Positions 48,728 through 60,234 of a stretch of 64,000 nucleotides of DNA are shown here, in pieces. A program made the position numbers and the translations under genes. The notes under the pieces were generated by a model, which did no database searches, had not been told where the DNA came from, and saw only the letters and a program-made list of their open reading frames with translations. Each line of letters begins with the position of its first letter. Positions within the stretch are counted from its first letter, which is position 1. This DNA is from Hypanus sabinus. Lineage: Eukaryota. The DNA is taken from positions 43,028,001-43,092,000 of the forward strand of contig NC_082721.1 in assembly GCF_030144855.1 (NCBI RefSeq). Reading direction: 5' to 3'.

Positions 48728-48789
48728 TTATAGAGCCATTCACACCGGGGAGGAAATCGATGCAAATCAGGGTGACCACGCTGACCAAT
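48728..48789 (-). promoter_or_regulatory. Ig V promoter: octamer, TATA-like, CCAAT, ETS-like site
   Basis: ATTTGCAT on the minus strand (48767-48760, light-chain orientation). TATAA at 48732-48728, about 80 nt upstream of the ATG. CCAAT at 48785-48789 (gaccaatcag) and GAGGAA at 48750-48755. Confidence 0.85.
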
Positions 48790-49094
48790 CAGAGCGGGGA
48801 TCGGAACCCCCCCCCCCCTTTCGCCGCCACACATCGCCGGGTTAATGCAGTGACACCATCAGCAACTGACTGATCTGTTCAAATAAATCGCGAATGAAGA
48901 GGTCTTTCATTGTCTGACGTTTCCCACACTCTGCCTTCATTTCCCTGATTCCTTCCTTTGGCCCAGAGATGCCTCTCAGACCTCCAGTGACAACAGAGCA
49001 GGACAGTGCCGGTTTCCTGTTCCCACATCAGTCTTTCAGCCATGGACTTCAAACCCACTCTGGCAGTCTGAGGTTCTAAATGTGGGGATTTAGA

Positions 49095-49430
49095 TCAGAT
49101 TCAGAATCGGGTTTATCATCACCGGCATGTGACGTGAAATTTGTTAATTTAGCAGCAGCTAGATTATGCAATACATAATCTAACAGAGAGAATAAATAAA
49201 GTAATATAAATAAAATAATAAACAAGTAAATCAATTACATATATTGAATAGATTAAAACATGTGCAAAAATAAAATACCATATATTAAAAAAAGGTGAGG
49301 TAGTACCCCAAGATTCGATATCCATTTAGGAATCGGAAGGTAGAGTGGAAGAAGCTGTTCCTGAATCGCTGCGTGTGTGCGTTCAGGCTTCTGTACCACC
49401 TACCTGATGGTAACAGTGAGAAAAGGGCAT
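49095..49430 (-). mobile_element. Rex1/Babar-type LINE 3' end
   Basis: Homologous to 26015-26365. Confidence 0.7.
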
Positions 49431-49739
49431 TTACCGGAAAGTATTTAACATGAATATAAGAATTAAAAACAAATGAAAGTGTATTCTTGTAAATATATTT
49501 TCATTATGAATAAAGTTTATTTTGATATAAAACAAACCTGTACTGCCACAGTTCAGCGTTCTCCCGCTACTGGAGAGTGAGAGAAGCCGGATTGGGTAAG
49601 GAAGCTCCTCATTTATTGTGGGAGTGTATTACCGATGGGCGAGCATGATTGCCGAACCTGGTCCGGAGCCCGCCTCCGAGAACGCATAGACCCCGCCGCC
49701 CCGCGGCTGTGTCCGTAGTGGTGACACTATACGACAGAA

Positions 49740-49903
49740 AGTCCACAAGCACAGCCTCCGCGTCCTCCATCAGGGATGCGTTTGACCGCTGCAAGCGGGA
49801 GAGTCAGGACCATACAATGATGCTGGGGGAGCTGACTTACTCCCTCTACTCCTTCAAATCGAAGAAAACTCCCAGAATTGATGGCTTAACGTACTCAGCT
49901 CTG
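49740..49903 (+). mobile_element. Non-LTR retrotransposon pre-RT fragment (clade uncertain), CpG-rich
   Basis: MLGELTYSLYSFKSKKTPRIDGLTYSAL resembles the E(L)...K.PG.DG motif preceding LINE RT domains; it runs into a gap. Confidence 0.5.
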
Positions 49904-50044
49904 NNNNNNNNNNNNNNNNNNNNNNNNNNNNNNNNNNNNNNNNNNNNNNNNNNNNNNNNNNNNNNNNNNNNNNNNNNNNNNNNNNNNNNNNNNNNNNNNN
50001 NNNNNNNNNNNNNNNNNNNNNNNNNNNNNNNNNNNNNNNNNNNN
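49904..50044. other. Assembly gap (N-run)
   Basis: Run of N. Confidence 0.99.
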
Positions 50045-50209
50045 TACACTTTGATGGTTCAGCTCCCGGCAATACAGCCTGTCATTCCACAGATCGGACT
50101 CTGGAGGGCAGCACTGACCGAAGAGGCCCGATCTCAACCGAGCACGGACTTCATGCTCCACCGCCTCCAGCGTCATCTCATCTGGACTACAGCACCTGGC
50201 AATCCAAAC

Positions 50210-50456
50210 ATACCTTTGCTCATTGCGGCCAAAATTCAGCGTCAGAAGTTTGCAAAGGAACATCTAAACAAACTTGCTGCATTTTGGAAACAAGTCCTGC
50301 GGACTGATGAAGTTAAAATAGAACTTCTTGGCTGCAATGAGCAAAGGTATGTTTGGAGAAAAAAGGGTGCAGAATTTCATGACATGAACAATTCTCCAAC
50401 TGTTAAGCATGGAGGTGGTTCAATCATGTTTTGGGCTTGTGTTGCAGCCAGTGGCA
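50210..50456 (+). mobile_element. Tc1-family transposase fragment (first D of the DDE triad)
   Basis: KFAKEHL...FWKQVLRTDEVKIELLG.NEQRYVWRKKG...PTVKHGGGSIMFWACVAASG. Confidence 0.92.
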
Positions 50457-53400
50457 TGGCTTTGGCAAAGCCATCAGAAATACAAGAACATAAAATGTGC
50501 GACCTTGACAGACAATGGATGGACCCAAGTAAACATTCCCTGTGCTTGGAGGGATTTACTATCTTCCACTCAGAATGTGAAGTTGGTTCGCAAATTGATC
50601 GGCGTGGCTAAGCAGTCAGGCTGCCAACTCAAACTACTCACTGAGCTGTTTCCAGTTGCCAAAGAGTGAGGCCATGTTTTCTGGCAACTGGCCCAACCGA
50701 TCCAATGTCTCCTTTATCATCAGGTCTACTTAGGGTGAGGGTGTGTGGGATCTTGTTCTGAGGGGCCAAGGGGTGCAACAGGAATTGACTGGAGCGGATT
50801 GGGAGGGTAGAGCGGGACTGTGAGGAGGATGCTCCTATCATTAAGTGAGAAGAACTAGCCATCCAGTGTGAGGTGTTCTCAGGGCTGTTACACTTGATGC
50901 AGATGTGCCCTATCCCCCAGCTCTGCTCCTTTAATTTGGAAATGACCCATATTGTCCTCTGGTTCATCTGGGAATCTAAGATGGAGCAAATAAAACTCAT
51001 GCATTGTCCAATTCACAGGTCCTTGGACAACTGAAGCAAAAACATTCAAAATGTCCCCATTACCGCGTTGAGAACATTCATGTGTTGCTGCTTCAGACTG
51101 TGCATGGAACTGAAGGATGCGGGCACCAAGTATCATTATTGAGGCTCTATCTGAACTGGTTGTTGAGAAGGATGGGTCTGGCTGTTGAACATCCCAGTCA
51201 ACTGGATGCTTGGTGCAGCCACTTATAAGGGTTCAGTGCGGACGGACCACATGGCAGGTTCTTTTGCTATGGGACAGGGAATGACTGGGTATGGTGAGGA
51301 AGCTCCTAAGTTATTGCCCTAAGTGTAGCATGCAGCAGAGACTACATAAGTAACAATAGAGTTAGTGGCTTGAAGGAATTTAACTGAACACTACTTAATG
51401 CTTTTTTTTAAAGCATAAAAAAAGCATTGCACCGTTTATTCTTGTAAATATTTTATTATAAGTGAAGCTTACTTTGGAGCAAGAATGCTTTGGGTAACAT
51501 CTTCAATGACAATGCCCACCTCCAGTCACGCACCATGTCGTTTGCAGTGGCCTGTCAGTATAGCCTGTTGTTTAGGAGGCATTTACCCATCATCTTCACT
51601 TGGTAGCACGAGATGGGCAACAAACGTCAGCTTTGCCAGTGAAAGCCACATTCACCCAGCAAAATTAAATGTCTGTTGAGTAAGTCAGGTCATAAGTCAG
51701 TCGGAATGTGTGTTGGTGAAGTCCAAACCCAATTGCAGAGGAAAGACAGAGTCCAACGTAGAGATGACAACTGGAGTTTATTTTGAAGAATTCCAACAGC
51801 AATATCATAAGATGTAACATTCTCAAAACGAGGACCCTTCTATTAGCACTAACTGGGTTAAATATTACAAGTAACATGATATCCCAGAGTCTATCAGTGA
51901 TAAGTTTAACGTTTAAACATAAAACACCCAGAGCCTGCATGACAAAGAGTGAGTCACTGAAAAAAAAACAAGGAAAACAATTAAAAATTCACCAATTATG
52001 GTGCCCTTAAAAATCTCAGAGCCGAATTCTCTCCAGCTTGCCAGACAAGACCAAACAGCCCTTTACAAAGTCAAATTACAGTGATGGTGTTTCAAGTGCA
52101 GATTTTCCATGTTATTAGAGGCAGTCTGGTAGAAACAGCTCTGGCAGGGAATCTTAGAGCAATGGAAATGGACACCCTGGACAATGTGGGACCTCAGGAG
52201 AATTCCTGTTTTCTGGACAATGACAGGTACAGGAAGTATTTTGAGCTAAAGGAGCACATCGTCTGAATTTAGAGCTTGGGCAACAACAGTCCATCCACAA
52301 GGCTGAATGTTTCATATGCAGTAGGCTTCAGGAGGTGGTCATCCTGCAGCTGCAGTGAGTGCATGCAGCAGAGAGATTAGGAGATGACCAGGCAGACTGG
52401 TGCAGGGAGATAGTTCCCTGCTATATTAGTTTGGGTGCTGCAATTTCCTTCCACGTCTCATAGATGGGGAAGTTTTTACTTTATTTGCCGCAGGTGAAAT
52501 TGCAGATGACTGGAGCAGAGCAAAGGTGTTCCCATTATTCAAAATGTACAGAGGTATAAACCGGGAAATGATGGGCCATGATTTTTAAATCAGTGTAAGG
52601 GAATTATTGTAAAAATCCCAAGGAGAGGATATATTTATGCTTGGAAAGGATGAGATTAACCTGGGCATAGTCAGCACTTTTTTATCTGTGGGAAAGCCTG
52701 TCTCAATAGTTGATTGAATTTTCAGATATAACCAGAGATTGAATCAACTGAGTTTGTATCTTGGGAATTGGAGAAGCCAATGTGTGAATTGATAGAGATA
52801 TATGAGATTATGAGGAAGATAGAGGGTAGACATTAAGGACATTTTTCTAGTGAAGGGATGGCCTGAAGCTGGTGAATTTGGACATTTAGAGGAATCCTGA
52901 GGGGAAACATTCCACTTAGGGAATGGTATGAAACTTGAACATCATTCGAGAAGAGTTGGTAGATGCAGGTAGTCTTGACAAATACCTGAATTGCAGAAAA
53001 GATTACAGGCCACACACCAGTTCATAACTACATCCAGCAAGCCCTGGACAATATTCAGGAATGGACTCATAAGGGGTAAGAAATATTCATATGATAGGTA
53101 TGCTGGACTGGCCTCATGTTCAAGAAGAGTGTGTCAAGCTACCTACCCGTGGCATGCAGAGCCATACCACCATGATACTTTGCCACTATTTATAACATTT
53201 AAGACAAGGACATAATGGAATACTCTTCAATTTGGAGAAGAGTACAGGTCCAAAAACATTTCAGAAGCTCAAAACTACCTGGGAGAAGGCAGCCCAATTT
53301 CCACCACCCAATTTCCACTGCCATCGACATTTATTTACTCCACCGTGGATGGTCCCCAGCCCAGCTGAAAGAAGAGGAGTGTTGGATATGGGTCAAGAAA

Positions 53401-54033
53401 AGCAACCTATAGAAACCAAGAGCTACAGAAATGTTAAGAGTAGCTTCAAAGATCTCTTCCATGAGAGCAGATGGTTCTTGAAGATGGGCTATACCTGTGA
53501 ACTACTTGAAAGAGGGGGCCAGGACAGAGGACTCTGACCTGTGGCTGATGCTCTAGGAGGGTGATAGGCTTTAATAAACAAACATCACCATTCATTCTAT
53601 CCACCAGAGGTATACAATAAATTTAGTGTGGTCCACTTATAAAATGTCCTGCTGTTACTTCTCCATGTTACTCTAACAACTCCTTCCAAACCTTTCAGCT
53701 CAACAGCAAGTACCCATGTCAGAATAAGCAGGAGGTGTCCACTGCAAGTTCACTTCCAAGTTACAAGCACTCTCTACTTGGAAATATCTACCAAATAGAT
53801 AAAAATATCTAGTCTTGGACCTCAGAAAATTTTCTATAAGTGTACTGTGTTAGGGAGCTTTCTGAATGTTTAGCCTTTGGGAGAAAGTAGCGTAAACATG
53901 AATGGTTTGAGGTTGAAAAATGGTGTGTGATGTGTGGCCACCCGTGAGTTCACTTGAGTTTTATCTATCACTACCTCAAAGTGAACAGAGTGCAGGGAGA
54001 TTCAATTGCTGTCTTGAATTGTTATATTGTGTT

Positions 54034-54335
54034 GGAGCATGGACTAGTGGATAAGGCATCGGTCCAGTGATCTGAAGGTCACTGGTTCAAGTCTCAGCTG
54101 AAGCAGCCTGTTGTGTCCTTGAGCAAGGCACTTCACAACACATTGCTCTGTGATGACACTGGTGCCAAGCTTCTTGGGTCCTAGCGCCCTTCCCTTGGAC
54201 AACATTGGTGGTGTGGAGAGGGGAAGGCTTGCAGCATGGGCAACTGCCAATCTCCCATACAACCCTGCCCAGGCCTGCGCCCTGGAAACCTTCCAAGGCA
54301 CAAATCCATGGTCTCATGAAACTAATGGATGCTTA
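54034..54335 (+). mobile_element. tRNA-derived SINE (CORE-like centre)
   Basis: A-box-like tggactagtgg (54040-54050), B-box-like ggttcaagtc (54084-54093), and central gtgtccttgagcaaggcactt. Confidence 0.7.
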
Positions 54336-55273
54336 TTGAAATGTGAGCCAGTTAATTATCTGAAGCTGCTGGATTATCGGGAGAAAGCCTGGGTCATGTA
54401 ATGTTTTTAATATTGAGCTGGTCTGAGGTGAACAGGCCAAATGGCCTCACTTTCTGAGGGAACCATTCTGATTCACCATTATTTACCTTCTTATGATGAC
54501 CCGTGAGCCTGAGATGGTGAATTCACCTCCCAAATAAAACCTTGTTTTTGTGCAGTTCATAAAGTTGATAATTGACTGATGTTTTCCGGTTTTTTCACGT
54601 TTCTGTACTATTTAGTCACCGAGGTTAAATGACAGTATCCATCTCTAACTTAGAACAACTCCCTCTGTAACTCTGGTTAGATCTGGAGATGATATTGTCC
54701 AGAAGGTTCTTCGGGAATCAAAAGGAGTTGCCAAATTGATGGTTACAGCTGTTTTATCGGATGTTCGTCATAGCAGAGGTCAGATAAGTCCAGCCTGTAC
54801 CGGCAAACGAAGCAGAAAAATCATGAAGGGATGTGAGCAAATGCTTCACTTCCATATCGGAAAACCAGTTGGACTGGTCATTGATAAGAAACCTCAGAAC
54901 AGTGACTGATTCACACATCAGTTTGGCAAATATACAGTAAAAACAGATATACTTATGGTTGCTAAAAGTCTACAGATAAATAGATTCAAGATTCAAGATT
55001 GTTTAATGTCATTTCCAGCCACTATGCAAGTGCAAAGGAAAACAAAATAATTGTTACTCTGGATCAGATGTAGCACAAAAAGTCTGAAGATAAGAATATA
55101 ATACTAAAAGAAACCCAAAATAAAGATAAATACCATAAGACCATAAGAAGTAGGAGCAGAATTAGCCCATCTGGCCCATCGAAAATGCTCTGCAAATGGC
55201 AGATTCTCATTTTTCCTCCTCCTCAACCCCAGTTCCTGGCCTTCTCAAATACATGACATAGCTTATATACATA

Positions 55274-55812
55274 TGTAGGGCTCTCAGTACCAGTAACTGT
55301 GGTGTTAATGGTTCAGGCTAATAAAATGGCTTCTCTATTTTGTTATAATGAAATGGCTTCTCTGTAATGTTACTTAATGCTGTAATGGGTTTCTGTATCT
55401 GGAATGTTTGGTTATAACTGCAGATAAGGGGGGAAATAACCAATGAAAAATTGTTATGCTAATTTGTATGTGTGAGCTAAGCAGGAGTTCATGCGCTTTT
55501 TCCGGAGGCGAGTGAGGAGAACAGACGTGTGAGGAGCGGGCAGTGGTTCCAGGGCAGCGGGTACTGGATGTCAGCAGTTCAGACAGTGGCCAAAGGCTTG
55601 GAAGGTTGTTGTGGATGGAACTGGAGGCGTGCGGTCCAATGTATTAAAATATTATGTGCACAATCTGATAAACTTACTGATTTGGCATCTTTAGGTTATC
55701 TGCTTCTACTAACCTATCACTAAGAAATAACTATAAAGTTGCATTACTTACTCACCTTTGGTGTATTTTCTGTTATTTATGTTGCGAGCATGTACTGGGG
55801 GGAGTCATTACA
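55274..55812. mobile_element. Probable solo LTR
   Basis: TGTA...TACA termini with an internal CCAAT and a CpG-containing R-like region. No clean TSD; the 5' boundary is uncertain (55274, 55363 or 55381). Confidence 0.45.
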
Positions 55813-56049
55813 CCGTATTTACACAGAAGTATTGCACTATTGGTGGGGCAATGGTGGTTCACCCTAGGTGAACAGGGGTAAATTGAGGTTACCTATGTAA
55901 CCCCATATGTAATTGGGGTTACATAGATTGATTGTAGGTCCATAAACTGACACTAGGCACAAGAGTGTCTGTACATAAAGTGACTCTGACAGGAAATGAT
56001 AAAGCAGAGGTGGTGGAGGTGTGCGTTCATGGGTGGAGGAGTTAGTCAT

Positions 56050-56700
56050 CCTTTGTACTTGGGTAAATTAACTGTTTTTTGAATCTAGTGGTGTTGATGT
56101 GGATGCTACACAGCCTCCTCCCAGCTGGGAGTGGGACAGTCAATGTATCACATTCAACCCTTCAATACATTACTGACACCATTCTGTATTAATGTCCTTG
56201 ATGGTGGGTCGACTTGTGCCACTGATGCATTGGGAATACCCATTGTATTGAACTTCCTGTCCAGCACAGTGCAGTTTCCTTACCATGCAATGATAAAGCT
56301 TATTCAAACACTCTCTACTGCACATCTGCAGAACGACATGAGTAAAGATGTGCATAGTCCGGCTCACTTCAGCCTCCTCAGAAGTAGAAGTGTTGGTGAG
56401 CTTTCCCAATTTTGTAGGATGTCTTCTGGGACCATGAGAGGTTCAAAGTGCTTCATGATAATTGGTGTCAGTGACACCGGTCAATAGTTGTTTATTTCTG
56501 ACAGTGTAGAGTACTCTCATACAGGAATGATGATGGCTGATCTGAAGCATATGGGGCAGCAGCCTGGATGAGTGTAGTGTTGTAGATGTCTGTGAAGAGG
56601 TCAGTGAGCTGGTGTGTACATTTCCTGAGTCCTCAGCCTGGGATGTTGTCAGGCCTGGCTGCCTTATGGGGTTTGACTCCCTTCAGTATCCTTGGGATTA
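56050..56700 (-). mobile_element. Rex1/Babar-like RT C-terminal fragment
   Basis: Decayed LRRLK..GL...FYRCAVES..SCI..WYG-type sequence on the minus strand. Confidence 0.7.
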
Positions 56701-56929
56701 TACAATCATGAAAGCAAGTGTAAGTAAAACTGATACTAGAAACTGACAATAAAAGCAATAATTTGGGCCCTAATTAATGGAGCTCAGTCAGAATCAGAAT
56801 CAGGTTTATTATCAGCGACAGATCCAATCCTTGTTGCTCTCTCATTTGTAAAATAAAATAATTTAAAATCTGAGGAGAACAACATGCAAGGTACAACATT
56901 ATTAGTAGTTCTTCATGAGATAAACTGTT

Positions 56930-57130
56930 CAAAACATTAATGGTGACAAAACAAATGATGGTGATGAGGAGGTGTACAGGAGTAAGATAGATCAGCTGGT
57001 TGAATTGTATTGCAACAACTACCTTGCACTTAACATCAGTAGGAACAATGAATTGGTTGTGGACTTCAGGAAGGGGAAGTTGAAGTAACACACACCAGTC
57101 CTCATTGAGGGATCAGCATTGGAAAGTGTG
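56930..57130 (+). mobile_element. Rex1/Babar-like RT fragment
   Basis: VYRSKIDQLVE..CNNYLALNISR.NELVVDFRK. Confidence 0.7.
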
Positions 57131-57149
57131 GGGAAATGGGAATGGAAAT

Positions 57150-57830
57150 AGGTGAAGCAGAGCCGGAGGACCCGAGGCCATGGAAGGACAAGATGCTGCA
57201 CAGATGTACCATCTCCAGATATCAGAGGTGGCTGACATAAGGAAGTCCTTCCAATGGCTGGAAATGGCAGGACTGAGGAACAGCACAGAGGTGCTGCTCA
57301 TGGCTGCACAAGAACAGATACTGAGCCAAGTTGCTGGAACTGTGTACAGGAACATCTGCACTGAGAATAGATTGGACACCCGCAAGATCAAATGAGGAAT
57401 ACCTGAGAAGATAGTGGAGAATGACAGAGGTAAGATCCTGTAGGATTTCCAAATATAGACTGATAAGCAGGTATTGGCCAACCAATCAGACATAGTAATA
57501 CAGGACAAGGAACAGAAGAAAGCAATGCTAATAGATGCGGCACTCCCAAATGATGGTAACATCAGGAAGAAAGACTATGAGAAGCTGGAGAAATACCAGG
57601 GCTTGAAAGAGCAGGTACAAACAACATGGAAGGTTAAAGCCAGAGTAATTCCGATGGTGATAGGTGCACGTCAAGCTGTAACACCTGGACTGGGAGAGTG
57701 GCTCCAACCAATCCCAAGAACAACATCTGAGATGCCTGTCCAGAAGAATGCACTACTAAGGATGGCAAGGATGCTGTGCCGAACCCTCAAGCTCCCAGGC
57801 CTCTGGTAGAGGACCCAAGATTGACAGAGA
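57150..57830 (+). mobile_element. R4/Dong-clade (Rex6-like) non-LTR element, C-terminal restriction-like endonuclease region
   Basis: QWLEMAGLRNSTEVLLMAAQEQ...KILWDF...ANQSDIVIQDKEQKKAMLIDAALPND...EKLEKYQGL...VIG...KLPGLW*, then a ctctggtagaggaccc tail. Confidence 0.88.
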
Positions 57831-60234
57831 AATACACATACACACCACCCATAACGAGTGAGAAAAATTATGTGCCCCTTAGTGAAATTTGTAATTTATT
57901 AAATTATTATGGATTGTAACATAGTGTTGCTGCAAAAATCTTATTTCATAACATATGCCAGTGATATTAAACATGATTTGGAAACATTCCCCTTCTAGAA
58001 AATATTGACACAAAATGTTTAACATGGAAACTTACTGTAAATATCAGTGAACACCAGTTATTGTTTAGACAATATTATTGTTTGTTTCCAGTGTTTCAAC
58101 CCTAAGTTATTCTGCCTCACTCTATAGAGTCCAATATTTTCAATAGTATGAATACACTAATACAATCTGATAATAATATTCCAACTTGTTATCAATGAAC
58201 TGTAGAATATTAAGACCCAAAATTCCAGTCATTGATAAAATTTAACCAAGATTTTCTGATCCTTGGAATGAAAATACTACTTTGAAGGTCAACTGCACTC
58301 ACTTCGATATAAAAAGGATGATTGGGTGAGGCAAGGCTGCTGGGAGTTGGTCCTGCAGCAGTTTACACTATGAATGGAGGAAGCCTGGAATGTAACACAG
58401 TGAGAAAGTATTTCATGGAAAATTGGATATTAATGTTAATGTGGGAGAAACAACTCATTTTAATGATCAATTTTATAAATAAAGATTGGCTTGCGATAAA
58501 AAATACCTTTGGTTCAGTTTAGAGCAGCTGCTGCCTGGGTATGAAAATAGCAAACATCTGTGGCCACAGCAAGATATGAGCTGTTATTCTAAGGAGAGGG
58601 ACAGCCCAGATTCCTTACATTTGTCATTTATATCAAATATCACAGTTTCTGTTCTACTTGATATTATTTTAAGTATCTGTGAAGCACTTGACCTTTAATG
58701 GGACATGATCCCTGATGCTACCCTTGAGTTATGGCAGTGAGAACAAGAATTCCTTCAGAAACTGTGCCATGTTGGTTGTCAGATTAACTCCACTTGACAG
58801 ATTTGTTCACTGAATTCCTGGGGAAGAAAATCTTAATGAGGTCTGATAGTTTAACTGTGTGACAGTCAGTTCACCCCCATTAAAGAAATGAAGAGAGTTG
58901 TAGACTATGGCTTCTGTTCACTGCCATCTACTTTACATCCTCTGGGTAATCACTTCTACCGGTACAATCATTGACAGGAGAATCTTCCATATGTGGATTG
59001 GTGAGGTTGAGGTCAAGTATGTTTCTCTCTGCTGTTGTTCATTCATTGCCTGCTGCAGGCTCTCACATGAAGCTCTGTCCTTCAGGACTTGGCCAACTCA
59101 GTCTGTGTTGAAACCCAACCACTCTTGGTGACTGCAATAGCAGTCCCAGCAAACATTCTGTGTTCTTGCTTCTACTAGTGCTTACTCTGTGTTTCTCAGC
59201 ATGGAGAACATCAATTCATCTGTGGAGGGAGGCCACGAGATTGTAATCAGCAGGAGGTCTCCATGTCCATGTTTCTCTTGATGTGATGAGACTTCACTGT
59301 GTCTGGATTCAATGCTCAAGACACCAGGGGCTCCTCGCCCCTGCTGATACACCACTGTGCTCCCACCTCCAGAGAGACCTTTAGTACAAGACACACCCGG
59401 GATGGTGAGGGTGAAATTGCTGTTTTGTCTCTCCTGCTCCTGTTTACTGCTGGAGCCATGCTTTACACAATGTAATGTCAAGCTACCCTGAACCAGGCTG
59501 ATGGATTTCCAGCATCTGCAGCATCTCTTAGATTTATCATCATTGCAGAAGTTCCTCTGGGATGTATACTCATCCTAGTTGTTTCATCAGTGACCTTCCT
59601 CCCATCATAAAGTCAGCAGTGGGGTGTTCACAGACATTTGCAGAGTGTTCAGTTCCACTTGTAAACCCTCAGCGAATGCTTCATTCCTAGCTTCATTCTG
59701 CTCAGACATCGACAACATTCAGTCATGGGCTGATAAGTGACAAGTGATATTTGCACCCATCAGGTCAGGCAATGACTATCTCCAAGAACAGAGAATCTAA
59801 CTTCCTAGGCTTGACATTCAATGAGATTAACATTGCTAAATGCTCCAGCACGCATATCCCAAGAGTTCATGTTGATTGGAATATCATGTGGACTATTGAA
59901 ATAAATATCATTGTCTCAGGATTGGCTCAAAGGTTGGATATTCTGTAGTGGGTGACTCACCTCTTGTTATCACAAGCGATATTTACATGTTTTTATATTA
60001 CGTAGGTAGAGATTTGGTGGAATATTCTCCACTTTTTTGGATGAATGCAATCCCAACAATTCTCAAGAATCTCTGCATCATCCTGTATGCAGCAGCGGTT
60101 GTGACTAGTACCTCCAAAATTAACTTAAATATTCATTCCCTCCACCTCTTCCCATTGTAGCAGAGTGTGGAAAATCTACAAGATGTACTTCAGTTATTCA
60201 TTCTCCTCTCAACCACCAGCTCGACCACCTACAG

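Noticed and set aside
49649-50611. 320-aa ORF in the track
   Set aside because: It is an artefact of reading through an N-gap and joins a LINE fragment, unknown sequence and a Tc1 piece.
54034-54110. tRNA gene
   Set aside because: Only A/B boxes of a SINE head are present; no complete cloverleaf could be built.
58395-58435. Isolated CACAGTG heptamer (others at about 11413, 11575 and 47558)
   Set aside because: No nonamer at 12 or 23 nt spacing and no adjacent V, D or J coding sequence.
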